In this document: positions 29,136-39,347 of the stretch, piece by piece
Numbering within the stretch: the first letter of the stretch is position 1
Layout of the letters: every line of letters starts with the position of its first letter
DNA from: an uncultured cyanobacterium
GTDB taxonomy: Bacteria; Cyanobacteriota; Cyanobacteriia; PCC-9006; JAAUQQ01
Reading direction: 5' to 3'
Length of the DNA stretch: 64,000 nucleotides
Assembly: GCA_963718615.1 (NCBI GenBank)
Contig: OY970368.1
Location: forward strand, 5,888,001 to 5,952,000
Notes under the pieces: generated by a model
What the model saw: the letters and a program-made list of their open reading frames with translations, nothing else
What the model was told of the DNA's origin: nothing
Databases searched by the model: none
Position numbers and translations under genes: made by a program

Positions 29136-29678
29136 TCAAAACCCTGATCGCTGATGGGCGATCGCAATCATCCCATCCACCGTCAAATCATCAAAAATGT
29201 CCAATGTGGGTAAACGATCCGAGCCAGCATAAATTCTAGGCAGTTCTGCTCCCTGCCAAACCCAAATTTGCTGTTGCTGAATATCGATTAACCAAGCGAG
29301 TTTTGTGCCGTTGCCCAAGCAATGGAGAATCTTGTTTTGCAAATCCAAGGTGCTCTGCCCCGGTGATCGAATTTCAATCATCCAATCTGGTGCCTCTGGA
29401 AACGGGCCATCCTCTTGGGGTAATCGCTCAACCGCAATGACTACAATATCTGGAACCGGTGAAAGGGGCGGAACAATACAGCGTAGCTCCTGAATTGCCT
29501 CGTATTCGTCTGTTTGGCTATTAATCAGATTGACGAAATCACGCTGCAAACGGGAGTGAAATAACGTTGGCATTGGTTTTTGCTGCGATCGCCCATCAAT
29601 AAATTCCCAAGCCGGAGAACTTTCAATGTAGTCCTCCTTGAGAAATTCAGTCAGTGCACTAGTGGTCACGGATAGCAT
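29136..29678 (-). CDS. Uma2 (DUF820) family endonuclease
   Basis: KPMPTLFHSRLQ, VPDI, APDWMIEIRSP, WLID. Confidence 0.9.
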   Translation of the reverse strand: MLSVTTSALTEFLKEDYIESSPAWEFIDGRSQQKPMPTLFHSRLQRDFVNLINSQTDEYEAIQELRCIVPPLSPVPDIVVIAVERLPQEDGPFPEAPDWMIEIRSPGQSTLDLQNKILHCLGNGTKLAWLIDIQQQQIWVWQGAELPRIYAGSDRLPTLDIFDDLTVDGMIAIAHQRSGF

Positions 29679-29726
29679 GGCGTTACTCCCTCAACCCAGA
29701 ACTATGCAATACAACGCTCCAAAGCA

Positions 29727-31208
29727 TCACAACTCTCCAAAGCCCTTTTTCTTCTTATTTTTGTTCTTATTTTTCTTCGATGCACCGCCTTGCCCGCGCC
29801 AACCGGGCTGAGGCTGACCCCCGCCAAACATGCCGCCCATACCGGGCATGCCACCGCCCATACCGGGCATTCCCATACCGGGCATGCCGCCCATCCCTGG
29901 AATGCCACCGCCCATGCCCATTTGCTGCATCATCGACCGCATGCGCTGAAAGTTGCGAATCAGGTCGCTGACTTCCTTCTCGGGGTGGCCCGAGCCCTTG
30001 GCGATGCGGCGGCGGCGACTGGGGGAATTAGACAGTAAATCTGGGTTCTTGCGTTCCTCAGCGGTCATGGACCCGATCATGGCTTCGACGCGCTTGAGCT
30101 GAACTTCGCCCTTTTCGAGCATGTCCGTGGGAATTTTGTTCATCCCCGGAATCATTTTCATAATGCTGCCCAGGGAGCCCATGTTTTTGAGCAGGCGCAT
30201 CTGCTTGACGAAGTCCGTGAAGTCGAACTGAGCCGTGAGGATTTTCTCCTGCATTTTCTCAGCGTCGGCCAGGTCGAATTCTTCCTGGGCTTTCTCGACG
30301 AGGGTGAGAACATCGCCCATGCCGAGGATGCGGGAGGCCATGCGATCGGGGAAGAAGGGCTGGAGGGCCTCGACTTTTTCGCCAACGCCGATGAATTTGA
30401 TCGGCTGACCGGAAATTTGCCGCACGGACAGCGCCGCACCCCCTCGGGCATCACCGTCCATTTTGGTGAGAATTGCGCCGGTAATGCCGATTTTTTCGTG
30501 GAAGGAGCGGGTGAGGTTCGCTGCTTCTTGGCCGGTCATCGCATCGACAACCAGCAGCACTTCGTCGGGATTGATGGCCGCTTTGATCTGGGCCAGTTCG
30601 TCCATGAGGTTTTCGTCGATTTGCAGACGACCAGCGGTGTCTACGATGACGGTGTCAATGCCGTCAGCCTTGGCTTTTTCGACGCCTTGGCGGGCAATCT
30701 CGACGGGGTTGGCGTCGCTCCCGAGTTCAAAGACCGGAACGTTGATTTGTTTGCCCAGGGTGATGAGCTGATCAATGGCTGCCGGTCGGTAAACGTCGGT
30801 GGCAACCATCAGGGTTGAGCGTTCTTCCTTACGCAGATGTAGGGCGAGTTTGGCCGTCGCGGTCGTTTTACCCGTCCCCTGCAATCCGGCCATCAGGACG
30901 ACGGTGGGTCCGTTGCCATCCCGATGGGCTAGGGGAGCGTTGCTGTCGCCCATGAGGCGCACGAGTTCTTCGTGGACGACTTGGACAAATTTCTGTTCGG
31001 GCTTAATGCCCTTGATGACTTCGACGCCCTGGGCTTTTTCTTTGACTTCAGCGACAAATTCCTTGACGACTTCAAGATTGACGTCCGCTTCCAGGAGTGC
31101 CCGCCGTACTTCGCGGAGGGCCTCTTGAATGTTGGAGTCGGTGATTTTGTCCTGGCCGCGCAGCTTAACCCAGGCTTGCTCCAGACGTTCGGAAAGGGCG
31201 TCAAACAT
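29727..31208 (-). CDS. ffh: Signal recognition particle protein Ffh
   Basis: ALLEADV, GLQGTGKTT, DTAGRL, TKMDGDARGGAALS, M domain. Confidence 0.99.
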   Translation of the reverse strand: MFDALSERLEQAWVKLRGQDKITDSNIQEALREVRRALLEADVNLEVVKEFVAEVKEKAQGVEVIKGIKPEQKFVQVVHEELVRLMGDSNAPLAHRDGNGPTVVLMAGLQGTGKTTATAKLALHLRKEERSTLMVATDVYRPAAIDQLITLGKQINVPVFELGSDANPVEIARQGVEKAKADGIDTVIVDTAGRLQIDENLMDELAQIKAAINPDEVLLVVDAMTGQEAANLTRSFHEKIGITGAILTKMDGDARGGAALSVRQISGQPIKFIGVGEKVEALQPFFPDRMASRILGMGDVLTLVEKAQEEFDLADAEKMQEKILTAQFDFTDFVKQMRLLKNMGSLGSIMKMIPGMNKIPTDMLEKGEVQLKRVEAMIGSMTAEERKNPDLLSNSPSRRRRIAKGSGHPEKEVSDLIRNFQRMRSMMQQMGMGGGIPGMGGMPGMGMPGMGGGMPGMGGMFGGGQPQPGWRGQGGASKKNKNKNKKKKGFGEL

Positions 31209-31421
31209 TGCTGAATTCTGATCGAAATGAAGGACAAGAGTGCTTTAGATCTCTTGTCCATTCTAAGCCGGGGACACCCTCCCCAGGGAGGGTCAACGTT
31301 TTGTGATACAAAATACCAGCTTTGTCGTCGCGAGAGGGCTGCAAAAAATTAAGATGCTAGCAGGGGATTTATCCGTCTCCTACCCCTAACCCTTTCGCAT
31401 CGGTCCCCAGAGGAACGTTCC

Positions 31422-32585
31422 ATGAAGTTGGCTGCCCGCATTCAGCAAGTGTCCCCCTCCATGACCTTGGAAATTGCCGCCAAGGCTAAATCCATGCAGG
31501 CCGAGGGCTTAGATGTCTGTAGTTTTAGTGCGGGGGAGCCGGATTTTGGCACGCCGGAGCATATTAAAAATGCGGCCAAAGCGGCGCTGGATGCGGGGAA
31601 AACCGGCTATGGTCCGGCGGCGGGGGAACCGAAACTGCGGGAGGCGATCGCCCAAAAACTCCGCACCGACAACCAACTCGACTACACCGCCCAAAACGTC
31701 ACCGTCACCAACGGCGGTAAGCAATCCCTCTATAACCTCATGCAGGTCTTACTCGACCCCGGCGATGAGGTGATTATTCCTTCCCCTTTCTGGCTGAGCT
31801 ATCCCGAAATGGTCAAGCTAGCGGACGGAGTACCGGTGATCGTTTCCACGACCGCTGAGCAAGGGTTTCGCATGTCTCCGGCCCAGCTCGAAGCCGCGAT
31901 TACGCCGAAGACCCGGCTGGTGATTCTCAATTCTCCCTCCAACCCGACGGGGATGGTCTATTCACCCGACGAAATCCGGGCCTTGGCCAAGGTCATTGTC
32001 AAGCATGACCTATTGGTCGTCTCGGACGAAATCTACGAAAAAATTCTCTACGACGATTGCGAACACCTCAGCATTGGGGCCGCTGGTCCAGAAATCTTTG
32101 CCCGTACGATTATTAGCAATGGCTTTGCAAAAGCCTATGCCATGACCGGTTGGCGCATTGGCTATTTGGCCGGTCCGGTGGAGCTTATCCAAGCGGCGAC
32201 GACATTGCAAAGCCAGAGCACGTCGAATGTTTGTACGTTTGCTCAGTATGGGGCGATCGCCGCCCTCGAAGGTTCCCAGGACTGTGTGGCAACCATGCTC
32301 GATGCCTTCGCCCAGCGGCGACAGGTGATCCTAGATCGGCTGAATGCCATGCCCGGTGTCATTTGTCCCCAGCCCACGGGTGCTTTTTATGTTTTTCCCA
32401 ATATTAGTAAGTTTGGGCTCTCTTCGCTGGACTTTTGCAAACAGCTTCTCGATCAGCACCAGGTCGCTACGGTTCCCGGCGCGGCCTTTGGCGAGGACGG
32501 TTGCATTCGGCTCTCCTACGCCACCGATTTAACAACCATCGAGAAAGGGCTGGAGCGGCTAGAGACGTTTTTAGCAGGACTCTAG
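31422..32585 (+). CDS. aspC: Class I PLP-dependent aminotransferase (aspartate aminotransferase)
   Basis: [34 protein letters not shown]. Confidence 0.9.
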   Translation: MKLAARIQQVSPSMTLEIAAKAKSMQAEGLDVCSFSAGEPDFGTPEHIKNAAKAALDAGKTGYGPAAGEPKLREAIAQKLRTDNQLDYTAQNVTVTNGGKQSLYNLMQVLLDPGDEVIIPSPFWLSYPEMVKLADGVPVIVSTTAEQGFRMSPAQLEAAITPKTRLVILNSPSNPTGMVYSPDEIRALAKVIVKHDLLVVSDEIYEKILYDDCEHLSIGAAGPEIFARTIISNGFAKAYAMTGWRIGYLAGPVELIQAATTLQSQSTSNVCTFAQYGAIAALEGSQDCVATMLDAFAQRRQVILDRLNAMPGVICPQPTGAFYVFPNISKFGLSSLDFCKQLLDQHQVATVPGAAFGEDGCIRLSYATDLTTIEKGLERLETFLAGL

Positions 32586-32847
32586 CGAGGAGACTTTGGC
32601 AGGACCGTGGCAGGACCGTGGCAGGATTGCCGGGACGAAAAATCAGGATTGCCGGGAAGAAAAATATAGGAAAACTCCAAAATCGGTTTAAAGAAGCTTT
32701 ATCGGGAGAGACAAAGCCTATGGGTAACATAAAGATACGTGTTTGCTACTAAATCGATTGGCGTAGATGGGTATTTTCTATACACGAATGATTTAGAGAG
32801 CTAGCAGTCCCAGGGTGTTGATTGTCTAGCTTCTCTTCATCGCTGCG

Positions 32848-33897
32848 ATGTGTCCTGGTTTAGGTCGCAGGAGTGTTGTGCTTTCATCTCATCCCATCGT
32901 GATTCAGATGCTGTCTTCCTCTTCTCCCCCGCTTGTTTCCATTGGGCTGCCGGTTTTTAATGGCGAAAACTATCTAGAGCAGGCCATTCAATCGATCCTG
33001 GCGCAAACGTTGACGGATTTTGAGCTGATTATTTCGGATAATGGTTCGAGCGATCGCACCGAAATCCTCTGCCGCCAATACGCCGCCCAGGACGATCGCA
33101 TCCGTTATGTGCGCAACGCCGAAAATCTAGGTGGTGCGGCGAATTTTAATCGCACGGTGGCCTTGGCGCGAGGCAAATATTTTAAGTGGGCGGCCCATGA
33201 TGATGTGATCGCCCCCAGCTTCCTCGCCACCTGTGTCGCCGCCCTCGAAACCCATCCTGACTGCGTTTTGGCCCATCCCTGGACGACCATCATGAACGAA
33301 AAGGGTCAGGCTCAGCAGCCCTACCAGCGGGATGGAACGCTACGCACCCAGTCTCTGGAACGGCGAGAGCGATTTGGGGATTTGGTTCTGTGTCAGCACC
33401 AGTGCTATCAGCTCTTTGGCCTGATGCAAACGGAAGTACTGCGTCAAACGCCGCTCCATGGCAACTATGGCCATGCCGATGGGGTTTTGCTGGCGCGATT
33501 GGCGTTGATGGGGCCGTTTTGTGAGATCCCCGAACGGTTATTTTGGGCGCGATCGCACCCCGAGCAAACCCTCTATCGCTTTATCTGGAGCCAAAAGCGC
33601 CCGGATTACTATGGGTTGACGATCTGGTGTGATCCTGCCCAGGCCGGACGGTTGATTTTGCCCAAATGGAAAATTCTGACTGAATATGCTCGGGCGATCG
33701 CCGCTGTTCCAATGGACCGGGGCGATCGCTGGGCCTGTGGGCAAATTCTGCTGCGCTGGGCTCGGATCTATTGGAAGGGACTGGTCCGAGACGGAGTCGT
33801 CGCATGCTCCTATCCTGGGCAAAAACTCGTTCGAGTCTGCCTGTCTCGGTTTCCCAAAATCGGCCCTGCTTCTCTCCCCTTTAAAGCGATTTCCTAG
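32848..33897 (+). CDS. Glycosyltransferase family 2 (start possibly 32908)
   Basis: VSIGLPVFNGE, SDNGSSD, FKWAAHDD. Confidence 0.9.
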   Translation: MCPGLGRRSVVLSSHPIVIQMLSSSSPPLVSIGLPVFNGENYLEQAIQSILAQTLTDFELIISDNGSSDRTEILCRQYAAQDDRIRYVRNAENLGGAANFNRTVALARGKYFKWAAHDDVIAPSFLATCVAALETHPDCVLAHPWTTIMNEKGQAQQPYQRDGTLRTQSLERRERFGDLVLCQHQCYQLFGLMQTEVLRQTPLHGNYGHADGVLLARLALMGPFCEIPERLFWARSHPEQTLYRFIWSQKRPDYYGLTIWCDPAQAGRLILPKWKILTEYARAIAAVPMDRGDRWACGQILLRWARIYWKGLVRDGVVACSYPGQKLVRVCLSRFPKIGPASLPFKAIS

Positions 33898-33912
33898 GTT
33901 TGGGTTAGGTTT

Positions 33913-34731
33913 ATGTTGATCTTTATTATTCCCCTACGGGGACGAGCCACGGCTCGGTCCTGGTTCCAGGTTTGCCAACTGTTTGAGCGCTGTCTACGCT
34001 CGGTCTGTAACCAGCGGAGCGATCGCTTTCAGGTCATTGTGGTTTGCAACGAAAAACCGGCAATTCCCTTTGAGCATCCTCAGGTGGAATACGTACAAGT
34101 GGATTATCCCCTGCCGCTCCATGAGCGAGGACGGTCTGAGGCGGAAACCCGGCTGATTATCGGTCACACGGACAAAGGTCGAAAAATTTTGCAAGGGCTG
34201 GTCGAAGCCGAAAAATATTATCCCACCCACACCATGGTGGTCGATGCTGATGATTGCGTCAGTCGGCGGTTAGCGGAATTCGTCAGCCATGCGCCCCAGG
34301 CCAACGGTTGGTTTATTCGGCGAGGGTATCGCTATCGAGAAGGGGGCGATCGCCTCTACCTCAAACGTCGAAAATTCCATGAAATGTGCGGCACTTGCAA
34401 TATTATCCGCTACGACCTCAATGCCCTTCCCCCAGAACCCGAATACGACCGGGGTTACGGCTATTACACGTTTTATATTGATCACGAAAAAGTGAAGGGG
34501 AATCTCGATCGCCACCACCATCCCCTCAAACCGCTGCCGTTCCTAGGCGCAATTTATATTGTTGGGACCGGCGAAAATCTCTACTATGACGCGCACAGAC
34601 TCACCACGTCACCCTTGGCTCGACTCAATCAAAAAGCCTTGACCCCGAAGATTCGCGGCGAATTTGGGCTGTATCCTTTGAGTCTGGATCAGCCCAAACC
34701 GGTCCTGATTGATTTTTTGCGGCTAACTTAA
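33913..34731 (+). CDS. GT-A fold glycosyltransferase-like protein
   Basis: FIIPL, S..NQ, DKGRK, MVVDADD. Confidence 0.7.
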   Translation: MLIFIIPLRGRATARSWFQVCQLFERCLRSVCNQRSDRFQVIVVCNEKPAIPFEHPQVEYVQVDYPLPLHERGRSEAETRLIIGHTDKGRKILQGLVEAEKYYPTHTMVVDADDCVSRRLAEFVSHAPQANGWFIRRGYRYREGGDRLYLKRRKFHEMCGTCNIIRYDLNALPPEPEYDRGYGYYTFYIDHEKVKGNLDRHHHPLKPLPFLGAIYIVGTGENLYYDAHRLTTSPLARLNQKALTPKIRGEFGLYPLSLDQPKPVLIDFLRLT

Positions 34732-34970
34732 AAAACCTGTTCGATTTCGGCGATTTCAGGGATACATTCCCGCAGCTTGCGTTCGATCCCCATCCGCAGC
34801 GTCATTGCCGAACTGGGGCAGGAACCGCAAGCTCCTTGGAGACGAAGTTTGACGACGGGGCCCTCAATGTCCACTAACTCCACGTTGCCGCCGTCGGCCA
34901 TGAGATAAGGGCGCAGTTCGTTGAGGACCGTTTCTACGTTGTCGTTTGTGAGTGCTAATGCTTCAGCCAT
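34728..34970 (-). CDS. NifU/Nfu family Fe-S scaffold
   Basis: [14 protein letters not shown]...[11 protein letters not shown]. Confidence 0.95.
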   Translation of the reverse strand: MAEALALTNDNVETVLNELRPYLMADGGNVELVDIEGPVVKLRLQGACGSCPSSAMTLRMGIERKLRECIPEIAEIEQVF

Positions 34971-35039
34971 GGTAATTTCTTCAGGTTGCTAGAGAAAGAG
35001 GCAGTTCCCTCTCAATGGTACACAAAGAACCGAAACCCG

Positions 35040-35080
35040 AAAAAAATGCCAGCCTCGCTCCCTGTAAACGCGGCTGGCAA
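35040..35080 (-). terminator. Putative intrinsic terminator
   Basis: Minus strand TGCCAGCC...GGCTGGCA hairpin followed by TTTTTTT. Confidence 0.65.
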
Positions 35081-35209
35081 TCATCATCTGAACAGAACGA
35101 GGACTTCCGCAGAGACCTTGGGCTCTGATTCCCTGGGAAGACATTAAGATGCACCCTAAACCTAAAAACCTAAAATGCTTGAGGTTAAGATTTGGGCGAA
35201 AGCTGGGGC

Positions 35210-35344
35210 TTAGGCGTCTTCTTCAAGACGAATAATATAGCCCTTACGCTTTTCGGGTTTGGGCTTATCTTTGGCATCTGCCGCCGCAAGCTCCTTGGTA
35301 AAGATCGCTAGGAAGAGAACTCCTAACAAAATCGGCATAATCAT
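35210..35344 (-). CDS. Putative 44-aa small membrane/secreted protein (not in ORF track)
   Basis: MIMPILLGVLFLAIFTKELAAADAKDKPKPEKRKGYIIRLEEDA*; AGGGA upstream; terminator downstream. Confidence 0.5.
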   Translation of the reverse strand: MIMPILLGVLFLAIFTKELAAADAKDKPKPEKRKGYIIRLEEDA

Positions 35345-35544
35345 GGTGTGATATTCCCTGAGAACGGTGAGTGAAGCCGTTTGATTAGCTTGTCTCTACT
35401 TTCCCAGGGGTCTCAGATTCTGTCGATACAGGATCCGTCAGAGTTTTCGGGACCAAAAGATAAGGATTTGTTCACAAAGCGCTTCCAATTGCAGCAAACT
35501 ACAGGAAAATACAGCGATCGCCCCGGTAAACTACTGAAATCCCT

Positions 35545-37101
35545 GTGTCTATCTGTGCATTCATGCGCGATCGCAAACCAATGGGGGCTAACGAGGCTCT
35601 GCAATTTATTAACGAGGTGCTGACCCAGGAGCTGGGTGAGCAGGCGCTGAATGATCTTCAGCAGGAGCTTTTGCGAGGGGTCTGGGTGGGAAAAAGCTAC
35701 AAGGAGATTCACCGGGACTTTCCTGTCTGTGGCCTAGAACATCTCAGCCGGAATGTGGCTTCTCAGCTTTGGCAACGGTTAAGCAAGGTGACGGGGGAGA
35801 AGGTCAGAAAGACCACTGTGCGGACGGCGATCGCCCGCGCCATCGAACAGCGACAATGGCAGCCTCTGGGATATTCTACGCCTCAGTCCTTAAATCCGCA
35901 GCCTTCTGCCGAAGATTTCACAGAAGCTTTCATGGAAGATTGCACAGAGGCCTTCACGGAAGCTGCTTCAGAGGCATCAGAGCTTCACCCAGCGCCGCAA
36001 TCTATCCTAGCGGAAGCGGACGGAGATTTTTCTGATTCTGGAGAATTTCCCGATCGCGGCTTTCCGGAGGCCCATGAACAACCCCAGCTTAGTTGGGTAG
36101 AAGCTCCGGATACGAGCATTTTTTATGGGCGTAAACAGGAACTCCAGGAGCTCGACCAGCGGATTCGGCTAGATGGCTGTCGGCTTTTGGTTCTCTGCGG
36201 TACGGCGGGAGTTGGTAAGACGCTGCTGGCCAGTAAGCTCGGGCAGCAGGTGAAGCAGCAGTTTAAGCAGATGGTCTGGAAGTCGCTGCGCGACTCGCCG
36301 CCGCTGCCGTTGGAGCATTTGATCGCGGACTTGATGCGATCGCTCACCGGATCTCCCACGGCGCTCAATTCTCCAGCGGTTCCAACCTCCTTAGATCTGG
36401 TGAAATACTTATTTGAACAAAGCTGTTTGATTGTATTGGATAGCTTTGAGACCGTGCTTCTGGGGGGAGACGACGAAGGTCGCTATTGCCGGGGGTACGA
36501 GGCCTATCGCGATTTGATTTTGCGGCTGGGCAGCACAGCCCATCAGAGTTGTGTGGTGCTGACCACGCGGGAAAAACCCCAAGAAGTGGCAACGTTGGAA
36601 GGACCGGAGGGGCGAACCGTCTGTCTGACCTTGCAGGGGCTCAAGGAACTGGATGCCCAGGATTTGCTAGAAAGTAAAGGGCTGTGGGCGGATTCCCCAG
36701 GGGCTTGGCTACCGCTGATGCAGGCTTGTGATGGCAATCCTCGGGCGCTGCAGGCGATCGCCAGTCAATGTCGCGAATTGTTTGATGGCAATGCCCAGCT
36801 CCTGCTGCGCTATCTTCGGCCCTGCATCGACTCTGACATTCTGCAACTCCAGGCGGCGCAGTGGCAGCGACTTTCGCGCGCTGAACAGCAGACGTTGCAG
36901 GCGTTGCTGCAAGCGCGTCAGCAGCCCCGCACAGTGCCGACGTTGCTTTATTTTACGGAGGTGCAGCCCATTCCAGAGGTGGCTCCGGAGCGGTTGCCGA
37001 TGGTGTTGCAGTCGTTATTGAGGCGATCCCTCGTGACGAAATCCGGGGCCTATTATGCAGTAGTGCCGTTAATGGAGCAGTATCTCCGATCCATGGGCTG
37101 A
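35545..37101 (+). CDS. NB-ARC/STAND NTPase with N-terminal HTH, no C-terminal repeats (start possibly 35581)
   Basis: LNDLQQELLRGVW.GKSYKEI HTH; FYGRKQEL; GTAGVGKT; LIVLDSFE; LTTRE; GNPRAL. Confidence 0.85.
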   Translation: MSICAFMRDRKPMGANEALQFINEVLTQELGEQALNDLQQELLRGVWVGKSYKEIHRDFPVCGLEHLSRNVASQLWQRLSKVTGEKVRKTTVRTAIARAIEQRQWQPLGYSTPQSLNPQPSAEDFTEAFMEDCTEAFTEAASEASELHPAPQSILAEADGDFSDSGEFPDRGFPEAHEQPQLSWVEAPDTSIFYGRKQELQELDQRIRLDGCRLLVLCGTAGVGKTLLASKLGQQVKQQFKQMVWKSLRDSPPLPLEHLIADLMRSLTGSPTALNSPAVPTSLDLVKYLFEQSCLIVLDSFETVLLGGDDEGRYCRGYEAYRDLILRLGSTAHQSCVVLTTREKPQEVATLEGPEGRTVCLTLQGLKELDAQDLLESKGLWADSPGAWLPLMQACDGNPRALQAIASQCRELFDGNAQLLLRYLRPCIDSDILQLQAAQWQRLSRAEQQTLQALLQARQQPRTVPTLLYFTEVQPIPEVAPERLPMVLQSLLRRSLVTKSGAYYAVVPLMEQYLRSMG

Positions 37102-37306
37102 GCCTCGCGCAATGGAGCTTAAGAAACTTGCAGATCAGGTTCTTGCAGATGGTCCTCCGTCTGCTTCTTCGAGTCCCTTCTATCCTCCCTTCTATCCTAA
37201 GATAGATTTTTGAATCTCTATCAAAAGTAATAGTCTGTAGAAAATAAATAAATCTCACTTAGACTTTAGTCTGTTTTCTCAAACCCTCGGATCTTTAGGA
37301 TTACTC

Positions 37307-39244
37307 ATGTCCAGTTCCTATCGAACCATTCTTATCCTCTGTGATGCAGATGAATGCGATCGCTCCTATCTCCATGACCTAGCACGCGACTCTAATTTTA
37401 GACTTGTCATCGGGCGAACCGATAGTCCGATTGTTAGTCTATGCAAATCCCAGAACATTGATGTGATTGTCTGGGATTTGTCTGAATCCGAGGGTGATCC
37501 GATTGAAAGCTTGCATCAATTCCAGCCCCAGTTATCTGCAAGTCAGCGACCGTGGGTTGTGATTGGGGGCGATCAGGTGGAGGTTGCTGTGGGTTGCTTG
37601 CAGGCTGGAGCCGCCGATTATCTGGTCAAAACCAGGCTTACGCCTGAGCGCTTACGGCTGGCGCTGAAGACAGAAAGCGCCTTGCACCAATCGGAAGCAC
37701 GCTATCGAGTCCTATTCAAAACCATGGAGGATGGTTTCTGCGTCATTGAGGTGATATTTGATGCTGAAAAAACACCCGTTGACTATCGTTTTGTCGAACT
37801 TAATCCCGCCTTTGAACGACATACCGGCCTTCGAGAAGCCGCAGGCAAAACTGCCCGTCAACTGCTTCCAGAGTTAGAAGAGCATTGGTTCCAAATCTAC
37901 GGCAGCGTTGCCCTGACGGGGGAGCCAGTTCGATTTGAGAATGGCTCTGAGGCCATGAATCGCTGGTTTGAAGTCTATGCCTTTCGGATTGAACAGCCGG
38001 AAGATCGCAAAGTTGCTGTGCTGTTTAGGGAGATTAGCGATCGCAAAACCCTTGAAACCCAGCAAGAGCGGCTGTTAAAACAAGAGCAGAAAGCCCGAGA
38101 GGCAGCGGAGCGAGCCAATCGCATCAAAGACGATTTTTTGGCGATTTTATCCCATGAGTTGCGATCGCCCCTCAACCCCATTTTAGGATGGTCAAGGCTA
38201 TTGCAAACCCATAGTCTCAATGCGGAGAAAACAGCCTTAGCCCTAGCCACAATTGAGCGCAATGCAAAATTGCAAACACAACTCGTCGATGATTTGTTGG
38301 ATGTTGCAAAAATTCTTCGCGGCAAGCTGACCTTGAACAGGGCTCCGGTTAACCTTTCTGAGATGATTGAGTCGGCCATTGAGACGGTTAGAGCCTTTGC
38401 TCAAATGCACGCGGTTTCGCTCTATATGGACATCCAATCGATGGGGCCAGTGTGTGGCGACGAAGCTCGTCTGCAACAGGTGATTTGGAATCTCCTATCC
38501 AATGCAATCAAATTTACGCCTAGGGGGGGTCGGGTTGATATTTATTTAGAACAAGTCGACCATCATGCTCAAATCCGAATTCAGGATACGGGAAAAGGCA
38601 TTAATCCTACATTTCTGCCGCATATTTTTGATTCTTTTCGTCAGGAAGATGCTTCTATTACCCGTCAGCATGGGGGGCTTGGCCTGGGGCTGGCGATTGT
38701 TCGGCATTTAGTCGAAACTCAGGGCGGAACGATCGCCGCAGAAAGTGCAGGCGAAGGCCAAGGGGCGACCTTTACCGTCACATTTCCGCTATTCAATCAG
38801 GAAAACAATTCAGCGATCGCGGCTCAGAATGCCCCTGAAAATTTTGATCTGACCGGCCTTCGTATCCTCACAGTGGATGACAACTCCGATGCCTGTGAAC
38901 TGATGCAAATCCTACTTGCCCAATACGGAGCCAACGTGATGACGGCTGCCTCGGCGACTGAAGCCTTGGCCCTGCTAGAGGTTTTTCAGCCGGATGTATT
39001 GGTCAGCGATTTGGGAATGCCTGAAATGGATGGTTATGCCTTGATTGAGCAGATTCGGACATTCTCCCCCGAGCGCTGTGGGCAGATTCCGGCGATCGCC
39101 CTCACCGCCTACGCCCGAGAAACAGATATCCAACGAGCTCTCGCCTGCGGCTATCAAAAGCACTTAATTAAGCCCCTCGATGTAGACCATCTGATTCAAG
39201 CCGTTGCTGCGTTGATGGCCAATCCGCCAATTTCGAGACCTTAG
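37307..39244 (+). CDS. Hybrid sensor histidine kinase (degenerate REC-PAS-HisKA-HATPase-REC)
   Basis: LSHELRSPL, NLLSNAIKFT, DTGKGI, GLGLGL; C-terminal VDD...SDLGMPEMDG...KP. Confidence 0.95.
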   Translation: MSSSYRTILILCDADECDRSYLHDLARDSNFRLVIGRTDSPIVSLCKSQNIDVIVWDLSESEGDPIESLHQFQPQLSASQRPWVVIGGDQVEVAVGCLQAGAADYLVKTRLTPERLRLALKTESALHQSEARYRVLFKTMEDGFCVIEVIFDAEKTPVDYRFVELNPAFERHTGLREAAGKTARQLLPELEEHWFQIYGSVALTGEPVRFENGSEAMNRWFEVYAFRIEQPEDRKVAVLFREISDRKTLETQQERLLKQEQKAREAAERANRIKDDFLAILSHELRSPLNPILGWSRLLQTHSLNAEKTALALATIERNAKLQTQLVDDLLDVAKILRGKLTLNRAPVNLSEMIESAIETVRAFAQMHAVSLYMDIQSMGPVCGDEARLQQVIWNLLSNAIKFTPRGGRVDIYLEQVDHHAQIRIQDTGKGINPTFLPHIFDSFRQEDASITRQHGGLGLGLAIVRHLVETQGGTIAAESAGEGQGATFTVTFPLFNQENNSAIAAQNAPENFDLTGLRILTVDDNSDACELMQILLAQYGANVMTAASATEALALLEVFQPDVLVSDLGMPEMDGYALIEQIRTFSPERCGQIPAIALTAYARETDIQRALACGYQKHLIKPLDVDHLIQAVAALMANPPISRP

Positions 39245-39347
39245 GCACGGTACTCAAGCCGTTTTCAAACAGGCAAGCTAAGGTTGAAAGAACCCTAGAC
39301 GGTGATGGATCGGCTGGGGAGAGACCATCGAATGTGATCGAGACGCT

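Noticed and set aside
29800-29925. GM-rich tandem repeat
   Set aside because: Ordinary low-complexity Ffh C-terminal tail
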